Shown: in pieces, positions 1 to 13,200 of the stretch
Numbering within the stretch: the first letter of the stretch is position 1
Layout: each line of letters starts with the position of its first letter
Source of the DNA: Nemertoderma westbladi
Taxonomy: Eukaryota; Animalia; Xenacoelomorpha
Reading direction: 5' to 3'
NCBI GenBank assembly: GCA_032718475.1
Contig: JAUCBJ010007214.1
Span: 62,001-126,000, forward strand
Length of the DNA stretch: 64,000 nt
Translations under genes and position numbers: made by a program
The notes under the pieces: model-generated
Database searches by the model: none
The model's input: the letters and a program-made list of their open reading frames with translations, nothing else
Told to the model about the DNA's origin: nothing

Positions 1-1855
1 GCTCCAATGTGAGGCCATGGAATACTCTAGAAGGTTCTAGTGGATTCTATGTCCCAGATTTAGTATATAAAGGCTGGTTTGCCTTTGGTTATCATTCACA
101 ATTATCACAGGCCACTGTTATTCTTGCTTAGTTATTTGTTTCTTGTTGAAACTATTTGGTAAATATGTTTTGATAAATCTTTGCTAAACTGTAAAATACA
201 CTGTAAACTTCTGAACATGCCTTTTTCTGAACGTCCAACTTTGGGATAGCCAAGCATCGGAAAGATGGCCACCTAGACCGTTAGGCCGTCAGCAACGCAG
301 GGAAAGGATGTCCACAACACGCTAAGCGCCCACATTAGATTAGACCGCGCACCCCCTTCGCCCTACGAAATACTCTACCTTGCCATGCAGCGTCCGACTT
401 CCGAGGAAGGTAAGACTTTGTTCGACGCCCTTGCCCGACGTAAGACCTATAGATCAGGGTAAGCGTGACGCCGTCCTGGGACGCCGCAAATTTAGTATCA
501 AATAATTATATTTTACGCAGAAACCCCCTTTGTCAGTCCTGCAAACCCCTGGGCTACCTGTATATCTCACAGGTAGAAGCGAGCTATTGCCATCCGTCAG
601 TACGCGAGTACATATTAGGTGCAGACAGCATATGTTCCATAATTTAGTAATTCGCAAACTGACCGTTTGGTACCGGTTCGCTTTGTAGAATATACATTAG
701 TACACCCCCCCCCCCTGCCTGAAGTTAGTTATTTGATCAGGCAAGGAGTATTTCTGCTACCGGCACACCGCTTGGCCTAGGGAGGTTTTATTAATATCCT
801 ACCGCGCCTTGCCACGTACTGATAGGTATTTGCTGCTAACTACCGCAGCAACAAAGTTCTAGAATCAAATTTGTATACCAGATCAGCTAACGTACGGTAG
901 CAATTAACCCCTATTTCTTATCTTACAACCAGAATCTGGGATTAGTGCCGATCACGGGTGTAGTTACTAACACCGTGGTTGCCCAGTTGAGTTGTGGATA
1001 GGAAGGAGAGAGCTTTGACGTCATTTGTAAGTATAAAGTTCTACAAAACGCGACTAGCTTATTTTAGTAGCTAGCGCACAGTATTGTTTTGGTCAGAAAA
1101 TTACTAAAACCTAGTAAAATGGTATACACCAAAATTGTTTTATTGTAACACACCCACACACACACGCCCTAAAACATATTTACCCTTAGAGTTCCTACTA
1201 GATAGCGCAATTTAGATTTAGGCAGAATTTATCTGTATTTGTAAAATTAGGATCTGATATTTAGTTACGGCAAAAAGGAGTATTTCATTTTCGTTATTAA
1301 ACTGTTGTTTTCTGCGCAGCAGTATTGTTACATTAGGCACGACCCTCTTTAGACTGATTAAGGACTGAGATCAGTATTGTAACGCTAGGGCCGTAAACCA
1401 CCTAGCTCGTATATAAACCATATAAATCACACCGCGGCAAGTTACGGTATTTAGGACTGTCAGCGATAGTTAGGATTCGCTGCGCAGGGATTGTTTTCCC
1501 GTGAGTTTGGTCTGTTACTGTAACTGTACATCTGCCATACCGGTTAGAGGACAGGTATCCTTTTGTCTAGTTCGTAGGCATTAGACCCGCTCACGTACAT
1601 AGAATAGACACCAGGCTCTGCTCCTCGCCAGTAGTAGTTTGTGTATTGTATCTGTTTGTTTAGATATCCTGGACTGGGATTTGTTGTCAGATACTGTACG
1701 AGCCCGTTTCATTACTAGAGTCTTACAGTAAGATACATCGTTACTAGGATCTGGTAAGCGGTATACTACTGGACTTTACGGTTAGAGATATTCTATAGCT
1801 TCGTATTAGTAGATTTGTAGGCCGTAGGGTAGTCCCTACCGTAGAGGACACAACA
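1..1855 (+). mobile_element. Putative long LTR / solo-LTR-like segment (5' end probably outside the window)
   Basis: Non-coding. TATATAAAGG at ~64. Ends in ...CACAACA directly against an (AT)n run; the duplicate of the adjacent repeat (12428ff) has the (AT)n run but not this segment. No second LTR or TSD is visible. Confidence 0.35.
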
Positions 1856-1856
1856 A

Positions 1857-2550
1857 TATATATATTATCTTTATAAACATATGAACACATGTCATGTTCG
1901 CAACAGTGCAGGTTTGGGCAGATTTACCAAGAATATATTAAAGTATAATATTGAAATTAATTATGATTTTGTTGCAGCATTATTTCTGATATAATTTATA
2001 TCTTTGAACAAGTTCTAAATATTACATAATCGTATAAGTATATACAAGAACTTAAAAATAAATATATTCAAGAACTTAAAACCAGTCCAATGATGTATTT
2101 ATGATGGCCAGGACTACCATATGCTCTGCTGCCTATAAGTAATACTAATTAAATTATAATTTGAATGAGAGAGTAAATTGGTTCTGTTTCAAATATAATT
2201 GAATTTTATTACTATTTGGTAAAATATCGGAGGGGGGGGGGGCATGTTCCTGAATTAAGGGACTTTTTCATGAGATGGTGTAAGCCAATTCCCCCCCCCC
2301 CCCCCCCCCCTCTTTTCTGGATATTACCTAGATTCTTACTTCGAAGGTTTATCACTCCTTCACTATCCAACTTTTTACTCCCCCAATATAATATCCTCAA
2401 TTAAGACATTATGTCATACAGTAGTAGCACGAGAACAAAATATAGGTATATAATTTACTTGTTTCCAATCTAGTATCCCCAGCAACAAATGCGTGTTATT
2501 AAATTAACAAAATGACGATGACGATGAGCCCTCGCGTTACTAACACGAGC
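1857..2550. repeat. Interspersed ~700-bp repeat, copy A (contains G-run and C-run tracts)
   Basis: Direct, near-identical copy at ~12430-13135 (tatctttataaacatatgaacacatgtcatg ... gatgagccctcg). Confidence 0.9.
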
Positions 2551-2568
2551 ACTGACCCCTAGCCGAGA

Positions 2569-3471
2569 CCATTGAGAGACTGCTCCGTGGAAATCAGAAT
2601 GGGTTCCGTAAAGATCGTGGGACCATGGGGCCCATTTTGGCACTTAGAAGGATAATTGAAGAGTTATCAAAAGAGAAAGACAGGCATCTGGCTGTTATCT
2701 TTGTTGACTTCTTCAAGGCCTATGATTCAGTCTCTCGCTCACTTATGTTCAGCATACTTTCATTATATGGGATTCCTGATGAAAATATTGCAGCAATCAG
2801 ATCAGTATACAATGGTTAAACAACATTTGTGTCTACTGTTGACGGTGACACAGAACCATTTGAAGTGTTATGGGGCGTCTTCCAGGGAGACACACTTGCA
2901 CCATTCTTGTTCATAATTGTGGTTGACTATGTTCTACGCACGTCCTTAGATCATCATAATGATGATGGGGTGTTGATAACTCCACCTACTGGCGCCAGAA
3001 TTCGAGGAAATCCTGCCAAGTACCGGTACCTAACTGATCTATCTAGACTTTGCTGATGACTTAGGAGTACTCTCAGAATCACTAGAGGGAGGCCAACGGC
3101 TCCTCGGCGCATTAGAACATGCTGCTTCTAGTGTTGGTCTTTTTATTAACACCAGGAAGACCACAATTTTGACAGTTAACTTTGAAAGTCATCAGCAACT
3201 CTCTGATCGGTTGAGCATAAGCTCAAAAGATGGTATGCTTGAGCATGTGGACGACTTCTGTTACCTGGGATCATGGAACCGGAAGTCAGGTGACGACCTT
3301 TGAATACGTAAGGGAAAGGCATTGAATAGGGCCTTGAATAGGCTTTCCAGGATTTGGAAGTAACCGAGAATTAATCAGAACCTTAAGGTCCGATTATTTA
3401 GAGCAGCAGTAGTCTTAAACAGCATTCTTAAAAATGCAGCTGCAATGCAGCATGCCGATCCTAGAAGTAGT
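2569..3471 (+). mobile_element. RTE-type LINE, 5'-truncated, internally deleted, frameshifted
   Basis: Encodes PIERLLRGNQNGFR, VDFFKAYDSV, GVFQGDTLAP, and FADD after a frameshift. Jumps at ~3415 to the family 3' end (cagcattcttaa...gccgatc plus TAG-type tail). Same family as the copies at 11201 and 14401. Confidence 0.9.
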
Positions 3472-3663
3472 CTACATACTGTATGGTAAAATTGAGTTAG
3501 GTAAGTTACACAGGATTATAAGATATCTATCTAAATTTTAGTGTTGTATTTTTTATCATCCATACACTAATTCAAAGAGTTAATAGCGCAAACACACACA
3601 AACACCACAAACACCAAACATGTGTTTAGTTTGTTAAATAGTTAATGTCCTAGAAATGTGACT

Positions 3664-3725
3664 TTAAGGGATAGGATCAGGTTACAGGGGCGTTGTTTTC
3701 TAACCAAAACAACAAACCTAACTTT
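3664..3725 (+). repeat. DNA-transposon end fragment (TTAA-GG, Kolobok-like), copy 1
   Basis: ttaagggataggatcaggttacaggggcgttgttttctaaccaaaacaa closely matches 60886-60940. The Kolobok label rests only on the TTAA + GG start. Confidence 0.45.
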
Positions 3726-3808
3726 ATTTTATATACGACCATTATAAATGATGAAAGCGTGAGGAATAAATTATTATTCTGATAGAGTTTGCATTCATGT
3801 TGATATCA

Positions 3809-4298
3809 GATAAGTAGATAGCGGGACAATGAATTGCAATAATTATTTAATTATCACAATATTTCAACTGCCCTTGCGGGAGCCTTCCTCGGGTAAGGAA
3901 TTTAATCAACTACTGTTATTATTTACCAATTTGTTCCCTATTTGGTAAATTTGGTGTAGGGTGGATGCGGGCGGGTTTATTATACAGTATTTATTTATCT
4001 CTTTAATTGTCTAAAAACTAAAAAACTGTATTTATTCCTTCTGCATTCTCTTTGTAATTATTGATTTAATAACTTGCGGAAAATGTGCCTATTCGTCTTT
4101 GTTTTATTGGAATTAGCTTGGTTTTGGGTAGGCGGGAACTTTGAATTTTAAATTGTACATTATTATTGTTATCATTTGTGTAATTATTCCGGTAGTTTAG
4201 GGTTTCTCCGTAAACAGTAGTTGATTAAATTACTCACCTGAGGAAGGCTCCCGCAAGGGGAGTTGAAATATTGTGATTTATCCCGCTATCTACTTATA
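3809..4298. mobile_element. Penelope-like element remnant: inverted pseudo-LTR arms
   Basis: Arms 3809-3917 and 4213-4298 are reverse complements (tcacaatatttcaact.cccttgcgggagccttcctc / gaggaaggctcccgcaagggg.agttgaaatattgtga), and both contain a hammerhead-type core. Confidence 0.6.
4234..4276 (+). ncRNA. Minimal type I hammerhead ribozyme motif (Penelope-type)
   Basis: Stem I UCAC/GUGA, core CUGAGGA plus one extra A, stem II GGCUCCC/GGGAGUU, GAA, palindromic AUAU stem III, predicted AUU cleavage triplet. Confidence 0.6.
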
Positions 4299-4585
4299 TA
4301 AATTATTATTTTATTTTATTTATTTCTTAAGGTCAAGAAAGAAGTAAATAACTTATCATTACGTATGTAAAACCAACAAACCAAAAAGCAATGACTTGCT
4401 TGCAATTGTTAGACAGTCTTATTATATATACCACCTCACCTTACAACAGAACAAGATGATATAATATTAAAATAAATTATGATTTGTGGGTCGAGCCACA
4501 AAGCTGGCAATGCTGCGCTTTTAGGGGGTTGGGTAAATTTTGTAAAATAGTTGTCATTGTCGGTGTTACCATTTTGACATGCTAA

Positions 4586-4785
4586 TTATTGCTGAATGCA
4601 TCCAAATGCTGAATCATTCTTTATTATGAAGGTGATTCATCTACAGTTCTCCAGTCTACCGCTAAATGGTGAACATATGAAATTGGCTCATTATTGCTGA
4701 ATGCAACCAAATGCTGAATCTTTCTTTAGGTAGGTTATTCATCTACAGTTCTCCAGTCTACCGCTAGATGGCGAACATATGAAAG
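4586..4785. repeat. Tandem duplication, two ~103-bp units
   Basis: attattgctgaatgca...ctacagttctccagtctaccgcta.atgg.gaacatatgaaa occurs twice. Confidence 0.85.
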
Positions 4786-5157
4786 TGATAATAACGTTGT
4801 CCATTTCGTTGATCTTAATATGTTTAAGCTGATTCTTGGAGTATATGTAACATAACAAATGCTGCGTCTTTTTGAGAAATGCATTGGAGTTGAGCTGTCT
4901 TATTATTACCTAGCTAAGTCAATGTCGCAATATGGCCTGTCGGCCAATCAAAGGGAAGATCATGTGTTGAGCAATCTATTATATTGTCATACAGTAAACG
5001 TGTTTCACACACACACATATATATATATTGCTTATCCATTGTGCATTGTACAGGAATGAATCACTGTAGGCGATTCACCAATATTGTGTCAGTGACTTGC
5101 TAGAGGCCGAGGTGTCATGTAGTTGTATCGTCGGTACTATGTAGAAAAGACAAGGAG

Positions 5158-5997
5158 GTGGATAAACTAAATGAGTTGATCAGTGGAATAACGAGTAAGA
5201 ATAACTGCACATATGTTGATCATTCGAACATTTTACTTACTCATTTATATGACAATAAACACATTAAAGAAAGCAATATTCGCCTACTAGTGCGATCTAT
5301 TATCGACAAGGTAAGACCGCAATCTGAGCGTGATCGTGCTCCTGGTAATTCCACCACAGGCGACATTCCGACTCGACCGGTGATCTACTCGCGGCCAGTG
5401 CCGTGGCGGCTACCCAACGCGATGCCAACACATCAGGCGGGTCTCATACAGACACCATACAACCCAAACAATGGTAACTCACGATTCAGACAGCCTCCGT
5501 CTTCAGCATATCAGCCGGGGACCGGGACAGGTTACTCGGAACTTCAGCGTGGTTCCTTCCTTGATCCACAGGGTGATTCCTACCCGGAACCTCAGCGTGG
5601 TTCCAACCCGGAACCTCAGCGTGGTTCCAACCCGGAACCTCAGCGTGGTTCCAACCCGGAACCTCGGCGTGGTTCCTTCCCGGATCCTCAGCGGGGTTCC
5701 TACCCTAAACATCAGCGTGGTTCCTCCCATGAACTCGAGCCTCATTCCTTCCCGGAACCTCATCGTGGTTCCCAACCGGAACCTCAGCCAGGATCGTACC
5801 CAAAACCTCAGCCGAGTGCCATCCGACAGTCCAAGGTACAGTCAACAGTTCTAGTGGATACCACTCTTAGTAAACCTATCGGGTGCAATAAACGCGTAAT
5901 AGGGGCTTTAATACATTTTTTACAGGCAATAGATGCCCGAATCAATATATTATTTATGCATACAAACACCCCAATTAAACCAATTAAACCACAATGA
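5158..5997 (+). CDS. LINE ORF1 C-terminal part: end of an SGNH esterase-like domain plus Pro/Gln-rich repeats
   Basis: NCTYVDHSNI...LYDNKH fits the DxxH block of SGNH esterases found in CR1/L2 ORF1. It is followed by PEPQRGS(N/F/Y) repeats. Confidence 0.6.
   Translation: MDKLNELISGITSKNNCTYVDHSNILLTHLYDNKHIKESNIRLLVRSIIDKVRPQSERDRAPGNSTTGDIPTRPVIYSRPVPWRLPNAMPTHQAGLIQTPYNPNNGNSRFRQPPSSAYQPGTGTGYSELQRGSFLDPQGDSYPEPQRGSNPEPQRGSNPEPQRGSNPEPRRGSFPDPQRGSYPKHQRGSSHELEPHSFPEPHRGSQPEPQPGSYPKPQPSAIRQSKVQSTVLVDTTLSKPIGCNKRVIGALIHFLQAIDARINILFMHTNTPIKPIKPQ
5535..5815 (+). repeat. 24-bp coding minisatellite (~11 units, cccggaacctcagcgtggttccaa)
   Basis: Directly visible tandem units encoding the octapeptide PEPQRGSN and variants. 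Confidence 0.9.
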
Positions 5998-6031
5998 CTA
6001 AAATACAGCATTCAATATTTTAAATATTTTT

Positions 6032-9000
6032 ATGGTAATATTATTATTCACACTGACTAAAGATACTATATTAGTTAATGACTCAATCAGCATTTGTGAT
6101 ATTGATTTTAATTTGAGCAACTACATGTATAATCAATTATTTTTCATATTTACAGAATCTCTAATATTATCATACTTAACAGCAATTTTTATGCTTTTAT
6201 TAATATCAATGTATACAAATTATATTAAGATAACATTATTAATCGTTATTTTGACATCATTTGTGATTTTACTAGCAGTATTCTATATCTTAATTTGTAC
6301 TGTAATTGCACTAGTACTACTTGCGTTTTTACCTATTGCAATATTATACGCGTACACAATAATAAATAATTACTTAAAATACAGTCGTCACAGGGGGAAG
6401 GGCAGAATTCACTATTTCAAGTTTACCCGCAACGACAAATATAGATACCGTGTGATCAGAATTATTTTCAGTTTGATAATTATATATTTTGTTCAAATAA
6501 ACAATGTGAAATTACTATTTGGCCGTCACGGGAGCAGATCCGCGGCATGTAACTCTGAAAATGTTAAACAATATTTTAATATTATAAATGCTTGCTTAAT
6601 TTTCTCCAGATTTATGTGGTCTGATCCTCAATTCAATAACAAAAGCAAAAACATTATCTTACAAATACTTGCAGCTCAGATAATAACTCCAAATAGTATA
6701 TCCTATATAATGTACAATTACAACTCTAACAACATTATTGCATTTTACATAGCTACCAAACAGCCACATACAAGCAACTATACGTACTTAATAAACAAAA
6801 ATAAAATAAACAGACAACTACTATATTGTATCTTAAAATCTAATATTGCATGTATTCAACTGTACAGACGTACATTACTAGACCTTGTGATAATTATTTC
6901 TCTTACTGTTAACGCATTACTATTACGATCCGGAGATATTCACCCAAACCCAGGACCGACTGTAGATAATAACACAGGACAGTCAACCAAAAATGACCCC
7001 ATACAGGACATACGGACATACTTAAATCAAAATCAAAATGGTCTCATTCTTCTACAAATTAATGCAAGAAGCTTAATAAAACATATCGACGAATTACGCC
7101 TTGCTTTGCTGGGATCCAGGAATGTTATAGTGTCAGTGACTGAAACGTGGCTCAAACGACACAACAGTGACAAACCAGTCACAATTCCGGGATACAATTT
7201 ATACCGCAAGGATAGGAGAAATAGGAAAGGCGGGGGGGTTCTAACCTATGTTCCAGATAATTTGCAAAGTAGAATTAGGAATGACATTAAATCTACAAAC
7301 ATAGAATCAATATGGATAGAAATAGATGACCATTTAATATGTACACTTTACAAACCACCAAAATATAATAATGCAACATTCTTTCCCAAATTTTCGGAGG
7401 AAATTGAAAATGCCCAAATCTTGGAACCAAATAAATGTATTGTCATACAGGGGGATTTAAATATCAATATATTAGCTAAAACAAATCCAAAACAAAAAAC
7501 GCTATTTGATATCCTTAACTTATATAATTTAACTTTAACTAACACTACCAAACCAACAAGAACAACAAAAAAATCATCAACTTTAATAGACTTAGTTATC
7601 ACTAATATAGACCTAAGAAAGATAACAGCAAACGAAGTTTTCCCGTGTGAATTTTCCGATCACGATTATACTTTAATCAAAATAGACTACAAACTAAGGA
7701 CTGCAAAAAATGACAGTAAACAGTGGGTAGAATATAGAAATTACTCTAGTTTTGAAGAATCTAGATTCATATCAGACATAGCGAAAATTTACTGGGGGAA
7801 TTTCTATAGTCAAAACAATATCAATCTACAATTCGAAATATTTGAACAACTAATAATACAAATTTTAAATAGGCATGCACCAATAAAACGCAAATTAATA
7901 ACTAACAAAAAAATAAAAAATTATAAAAATGACGATTGGTCAACACTTGAATTGGAACAATTACGCACAAAAAAGTATAACAAATTTCTAGAATGGCGAA
8001 GAAACAAGACAAATGCAAACTATTCAGAATACAAATTACTACGAAATAAATTCAACAATCTAAATGCAAAATTAAAAAATTCTTATATTAAACACAAATA
8101 TATTGAAGCAAAAGACAGTAAATCTAGATGGCAATTAATAAATAAAATCTTAAACAACAAAAGAAAACAGTCGAAAATAAATTGCATTAAAAATCTAGGA
8201 ACACTAACAACAAATAAGAAAAAAATTGTAGAAATATTTAATAGAACTTATATCGAACTAGGAAATTTTTTCAAAAATGTTAGCGTTGATGCAAATATGA
8301 AAACACTTGGAGTAACGGTAGTAGGAACAAACATTAAGGATACTTTCTCCTTCCAATGTATAACATCATCAGACGTATACAACATCATAAATAATTTAAA
8401 TGCAAAAAAATCCAGTGGACCATCTTTAATACCGATAAAAATTATCAAGAATATAGCCCCGCATATAACATATCAATTAACTTACATATTAAATCAATGT
8501 ATCACCAAGTCACTTTTTCCAGACAAACTAAAACTTGTAAATATCACTCCCATATTTAAATCAGGTGATCCACATGAACCAACAAATTACAGACCTGTCG
8601 CAATGACTACGCCATTTGCTAAAATATTTGAACGAGTACTTTATAATCAAATTATACATTATATAAATAAACACAAAATAATTTATTCTAAGCAATTTGG
8701 ATTCCGAAAAGGGTTTTCAACTGTTGACGCACTAACATATCTCTCAGAATCCTGGAGAAAAAAGCTTGACGAAAATAATTACATTGCAATAGCATTCCTG
8801 GATCTCAGCAAGGCCTTCAACTCAGTAAACCGACAAATATTACTACACAGACTTGCAACGTTAGGTTTTCATTCCACATCTCAACTTCTTATAAAAAATT
8901 ATTTGACTGATAGACGACAAAGAGTAAAACTAGAAAACTCAACATCACCATGGTTAACGGAAATCTGTGGCCTACCACAAGGAACAATACTGGCACCACT

Positions 9001-9951
9001 TCTCTTCACATTGTATACAAACAACATACCAGATACAGCAAAATCTTCAACTATCATTCAATACGCAGACGATACAGTAATATACACTACAGGCACAAAC
9101 AAATCCACAGCTGGCTGCAAAATTACTACAAAACGAAATTATACTATTAAACAAAACATTTGTGCAACATCACTTGAAACTGAACCACTCCAAGACTGAA
9201 TTCTTACTACTATCACCAAAACAACAGACATCAACTGACTTCAATACAGACGAAATAAATCTTGACATAGGAACAAAAGATCCGATCTCACAATCAACCA
9301 CGGTTAAATACCTAGGAGTAGAATTAGATAAAAAACTACAATGGCACCATCATATAACTAAAACAATACAGAAAATGACACTCAGTAAATCTTGCCTCCG
9401 CTCAATAAATGGACAACTAACAATAAAAACAAAATTACAACTACTAAAAGCACTAACATTGCCGTACCATCTTTACTGTAACCAACTATTAGTCCCACTA
9501 CATGATAAATACGGACACAAGGAAATACTATACAAATTTGAAAAAGTACAAAATTACGCACTACGAACTATCTTTGGGAAACGGATTAGGGACTCAACAG
9601 GAACTGAAAACTGAACTACGAGAAAAAGCCAAAATACCAACCCTAAAAGCTGTAAGAGAATATTTCGGATTAATATACTTTTTTAAATACATAAACAACC
9701 TATCAGAACCATTTAAAGCATTAGACCATCCTTTTTTACCCAAAATAAACATTAGACTAAACAATCGAACAAAAAACATAATCATACCTAAAACTAGAAA
9801 CAGATACGGACATGAAAGTTTACTCGTGAATCTTATAAAATTATGGAATGCACTACCAATTAAAATAAAAGAAATTACAAAACTAAAATATTTCAAAACA
9901 AAGTTAAAAAAACAGTTCCTATCGAAATATAGCCATGAGGATGCAACCTAG
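6032..9951 (+). pseudogene. LINE ORF2: hydrophobic leader, 2A-like peptide, APE endonuclease, reverse transcriptase; two frameshifts (~9110-9160 and ~9600)
   Basis: APE motifs QINARS, VTETWL, GGGV, GDLN, IDLV, SDH. RT motifs LDLSKAF, GLPQGTILAPLLF, YADD. KYLGV follows in the next frame. Confidence 0.9.
6917..6958 (+). other. 2A-like (StopGo) peptide variant LLLRSGDIHPNPGP
   Basis: Matches D(V/I)ExNPGP except for E>H, and lies just upstream of the APE domain, the known position of 2A-like peptides in non-LTR elements. Confidence 0.7.
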
Positions 9952-11200
9952 CGGATTTGCACCTGTGACTGCCGCCAATTAATAGAACATTATTTATTAT
10001 ACTGTAGATGTAATGTAATAATGATTGTACTGTAGGCCTACTCGATTCCTCATACTGTATACTTGTACTGTACACGGTGCAGCCTAGCTGTTACCTGGAA
10101 CCCTGTGACGCTTATTTGCTTATAATTATCAGTAAATACTGTATGTATTAACTGCCTCGTGCAAATATATATTTGAATGAGTTTTTAGCAAATAAAAGAG
10201 ATATAATAAATAATAAATAGAGAGAACTAACCAATCAATTACTATATCTTAATTTCTACTACCACAATAGCCAAGAACCAATCAGAAGAATTGGCAACAA
10301 GTGAACTAACTAGTTCACTTACAGCAAGCCAGGGTAGGGTGTTCTGTTCACGCTTTTGTAACTTGCACAGTTTTCTAACAAACTATTTTATTTATCTAAA
10401 CTGCCTACAATACCTGCAGTAGGCCTACTACTAAGCCTGCAGTAGGCCTACTTACAGAGGCGTATTGGGGAACCAAAACAATAAACGAAAGTTAACACAT
10501 GTGTTTTGTATTTGTACAGGTCTTTATTATTTGGGTCGTCGGTCTTTGTTTTGTAGTCACCCGACACTGCGGTGTTGCGTGGGAGCCACCAATCCACCCA
10601 CCCACACTCAACTCCCAACTTCCTAGACACTAGGATACTGAGTGAATACGTCTGAAACTACTACAGGAACTCCATGACAGACTATGGGCTAGCGACTAGG
10701 GACTGGCGCCCTTGAACATGTAAACTGTAGTACCTACTGTACCATGTACCACCTACCTTAAAGTGACCTGAGGGACCAGCCCATTATTAGTGAGGTCGGC
10801 ATTTCTCTTTATCCTGCCGCTCTCTTTGTATTACAATAGCATACAGCTAACCAGCAATGGCAATGGTCTCGAAATCCGGAAATCGAAGCCTTTTTCTATC
10901 TGCCAACATCCTGGGCTTTACTTACACTCAGTCTCTATTCACTGGCTGTGATTGACAAGCCAACTTGCCTCAGAAGTTCCTTTCATGAATGCCGCAATTT
11001 ATATTTGGCCATTTTGGTCGTTTTGGCCGCCAAAATGACCAAGTTAATGTTTATTGGGATTGGGTAACTGCTGAACTGACTAATATGTAATATAAATAAA
11101 CATGTAACCTAGAGAAGTGAAGACGGATCTACTTTTCTAGCAACCACCACGTCAACACGTAGATGTCCCTGTGGACGACTGGCTAGGATAATTAAATTTA

Positions 11201-12376
11201 CTACTACTACTATGATCGGCATGCTGCATTGCAGCTGCATTTTTAAGAATGCTGTGCCGGCTTGTCAACAAAATTGCACCGCCACAACTCCCTATCACCC
11301 ATGACATTTGCTAGATCATCCGCATCTTTAAGGCCAGTGTCCTTTAAGATGCGTCTCAAGAAAGTCATGGGCTGTCCACCATGCTTATTCACTCCATGAG
11401 GCTGCCAAAGTACAAGATTATGCACTGGCTGGTCCTCACGGCGAAAGCAATGTCCTGCAAAGCGGAGGCGATTTTGTTCTAGTGTCAAGCTTGGGGGAAC
11501 CAATGAGACACCTCCAATGTTATATAGTGTCTGGTTGGAGATGTGTGCATTGTACTTGACACAATGAACCCGGCGTAGCATTCTTGTGAATGTGCCATCC
11601 AGAGATTTGGTGTCCTCAGCAGTTAGAGCCCAGCATGGACTCCCGTAGAGGAGTACTGGAACTACTGCTGCTCTAAATAATCGGACCTTAAGTTTCCGAT
11701 TAATTCTCGGTGACTTCCAAATCCTGGAAAGCCTATTCAAGGCTGCCCATGCCTTTCCCTTACGTATTCGAAGGTCCTCACCTGACTTCCGGATCCATGA
11801 TCCCAGGTAACAGAAGTCGTCCACATGCTCAAGCATACCATCCTTTGAGCTTATGCTCATCCGATCAGAGACTTGCTGAGGACTTTCAAAGTTAACTGTC
11901 AGAATTTTGGTCTTTCTGGAGTTAATAAAAAGACCAACACTAGAAGCAGCATGTTCTAATGAGCTGAGGAGCCGTTGGGCTCCCTCTAATGATTCTGAGA
12001 GTACTCCTAAGTCATCAGCAAAGTCTAGATCAGTTAGGTACTTGGCAGGATTTCCTCGACTTCTGGAGCCAGTAGGTGGAGTTATCATCACCCCATCATC
12101 ATTATAATGATCTAAGGACATGCGTAGAACATAGTCAACCACAATAATGAACAAGAATGGTGCGAGTGTGTCTCCTTGGAGGACGCCCCATAACACTTCA
12201 AATGGTTCTGTGTCACCGTCAACAGTAGACACAAATGTTGTCGAACCATCGTATACTGATCTGATTGCTGCAATAATTTCATCAGGAATCCCATATAATG
12301 AAAGTATGCTGAACATACGTGAGCGAGAGACTGAATCAAAGGCCTTGAAGAAGTCAACAAAGATAACAGCCAACAG
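11201..12376 (-). mobile_element. RTE-type LINE, 5'-truncated, with 11-bp TSD
   Basis: RT C-terminal ORF 11243-12373 (FADD, YLGS). (TAG)n tail at ~11201-11213. TSD AATTAAATTTA at 11190-11200 and 12377-12387. Confidence 0.95.
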
Positions 12377-12429
12377 AATTAAATTTAGAGTAACATTGAA
12401 TTGTAGGAGTGGATAATGACAGATTGGTA

Positions 12430-13200
12430 TATATATATATTATCTTTATAAACATATGAACACATGTCATGTTCGCAACAGTGCAGGTTTGGGCAGATTT
12501 ACCAAGAATATATTAAAGTATAATATTGAAATTAATTATGATTTTGTTGCAGCATTATTTCTGATATAATTTATATCTTTGAACAAGTTCTAAATATTAC
12601 ATATTCGTATAATTATATTCAAGAACTAAAAATAAATATATTCCAGAACTTAAAACCAGTCCAATGATGTATTTATGATGGCCAGGACTACCATATGTTC
12701 TGCTGCCTATAAGTAATACTAATTAAATTATAATTTGAATGGGAGATTAAATTGGTTCTGTTTCAAATATAATTTCATTTTATTACTATTTGGTAAAATA
12801 TCGGGGGGGGGGGGGGGGGGGGGGGGGAGCATATCCCTGAACTGAGGGACTTTTTCATGAGATGGTGTAAGCCAATAACCCCCCCCCCCCCCTCTCTTCT
12901 GGATGTTAACTAGATTCTTACTTCGAAGGTTTATCACTCCTTTACTATCCAACTTTTTTTACTCCCCCAATATAATATCCTCAATTAAGACATTATGTAA
13001 TACAGTAGTAGCACGAGAACAAAATGTAGGTATTTAATTTAATTGTTTCCAATCTAGTATCCCCAGCAACAAATGCTGGTTATTAAATTAACAAAATGAC
13101 GATGATGATGAGCCCTCGTGTTACTATCACGAGCCCTCATGATAGCTAACACGAGTCTCATGATAGCTAGCACAAGACCTCGTGATAGCTCTAACACGAT
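12430..13200. repeat. Interspersed repeat copy B, ending in short gatagcta.cacgag tandem units
   Basis: Matches 1857-2550. Degenerate ~21-23-bp tandem units at 13110-13200. Confidence 0.85.

Larger units (their letters stand above)
5158..10220 (+). mobile_element. CR1/L2-group non-LTR retrotransposon, 5'-truncated
   Basis: ORF1 3' remnant, ORF2 with APE and RT, 3' UTR ending in AATAAA and an (AATAA)-like tail at ~10190-10220. Confidence 0.85.

Noticed and set aside
2212-2404. Poly-Gly / poly-Pro small ORFs (also 12728-12952)
   Set aside because: They come from G and C homopolymer tracts whose lengths differ between the two repeat copies.
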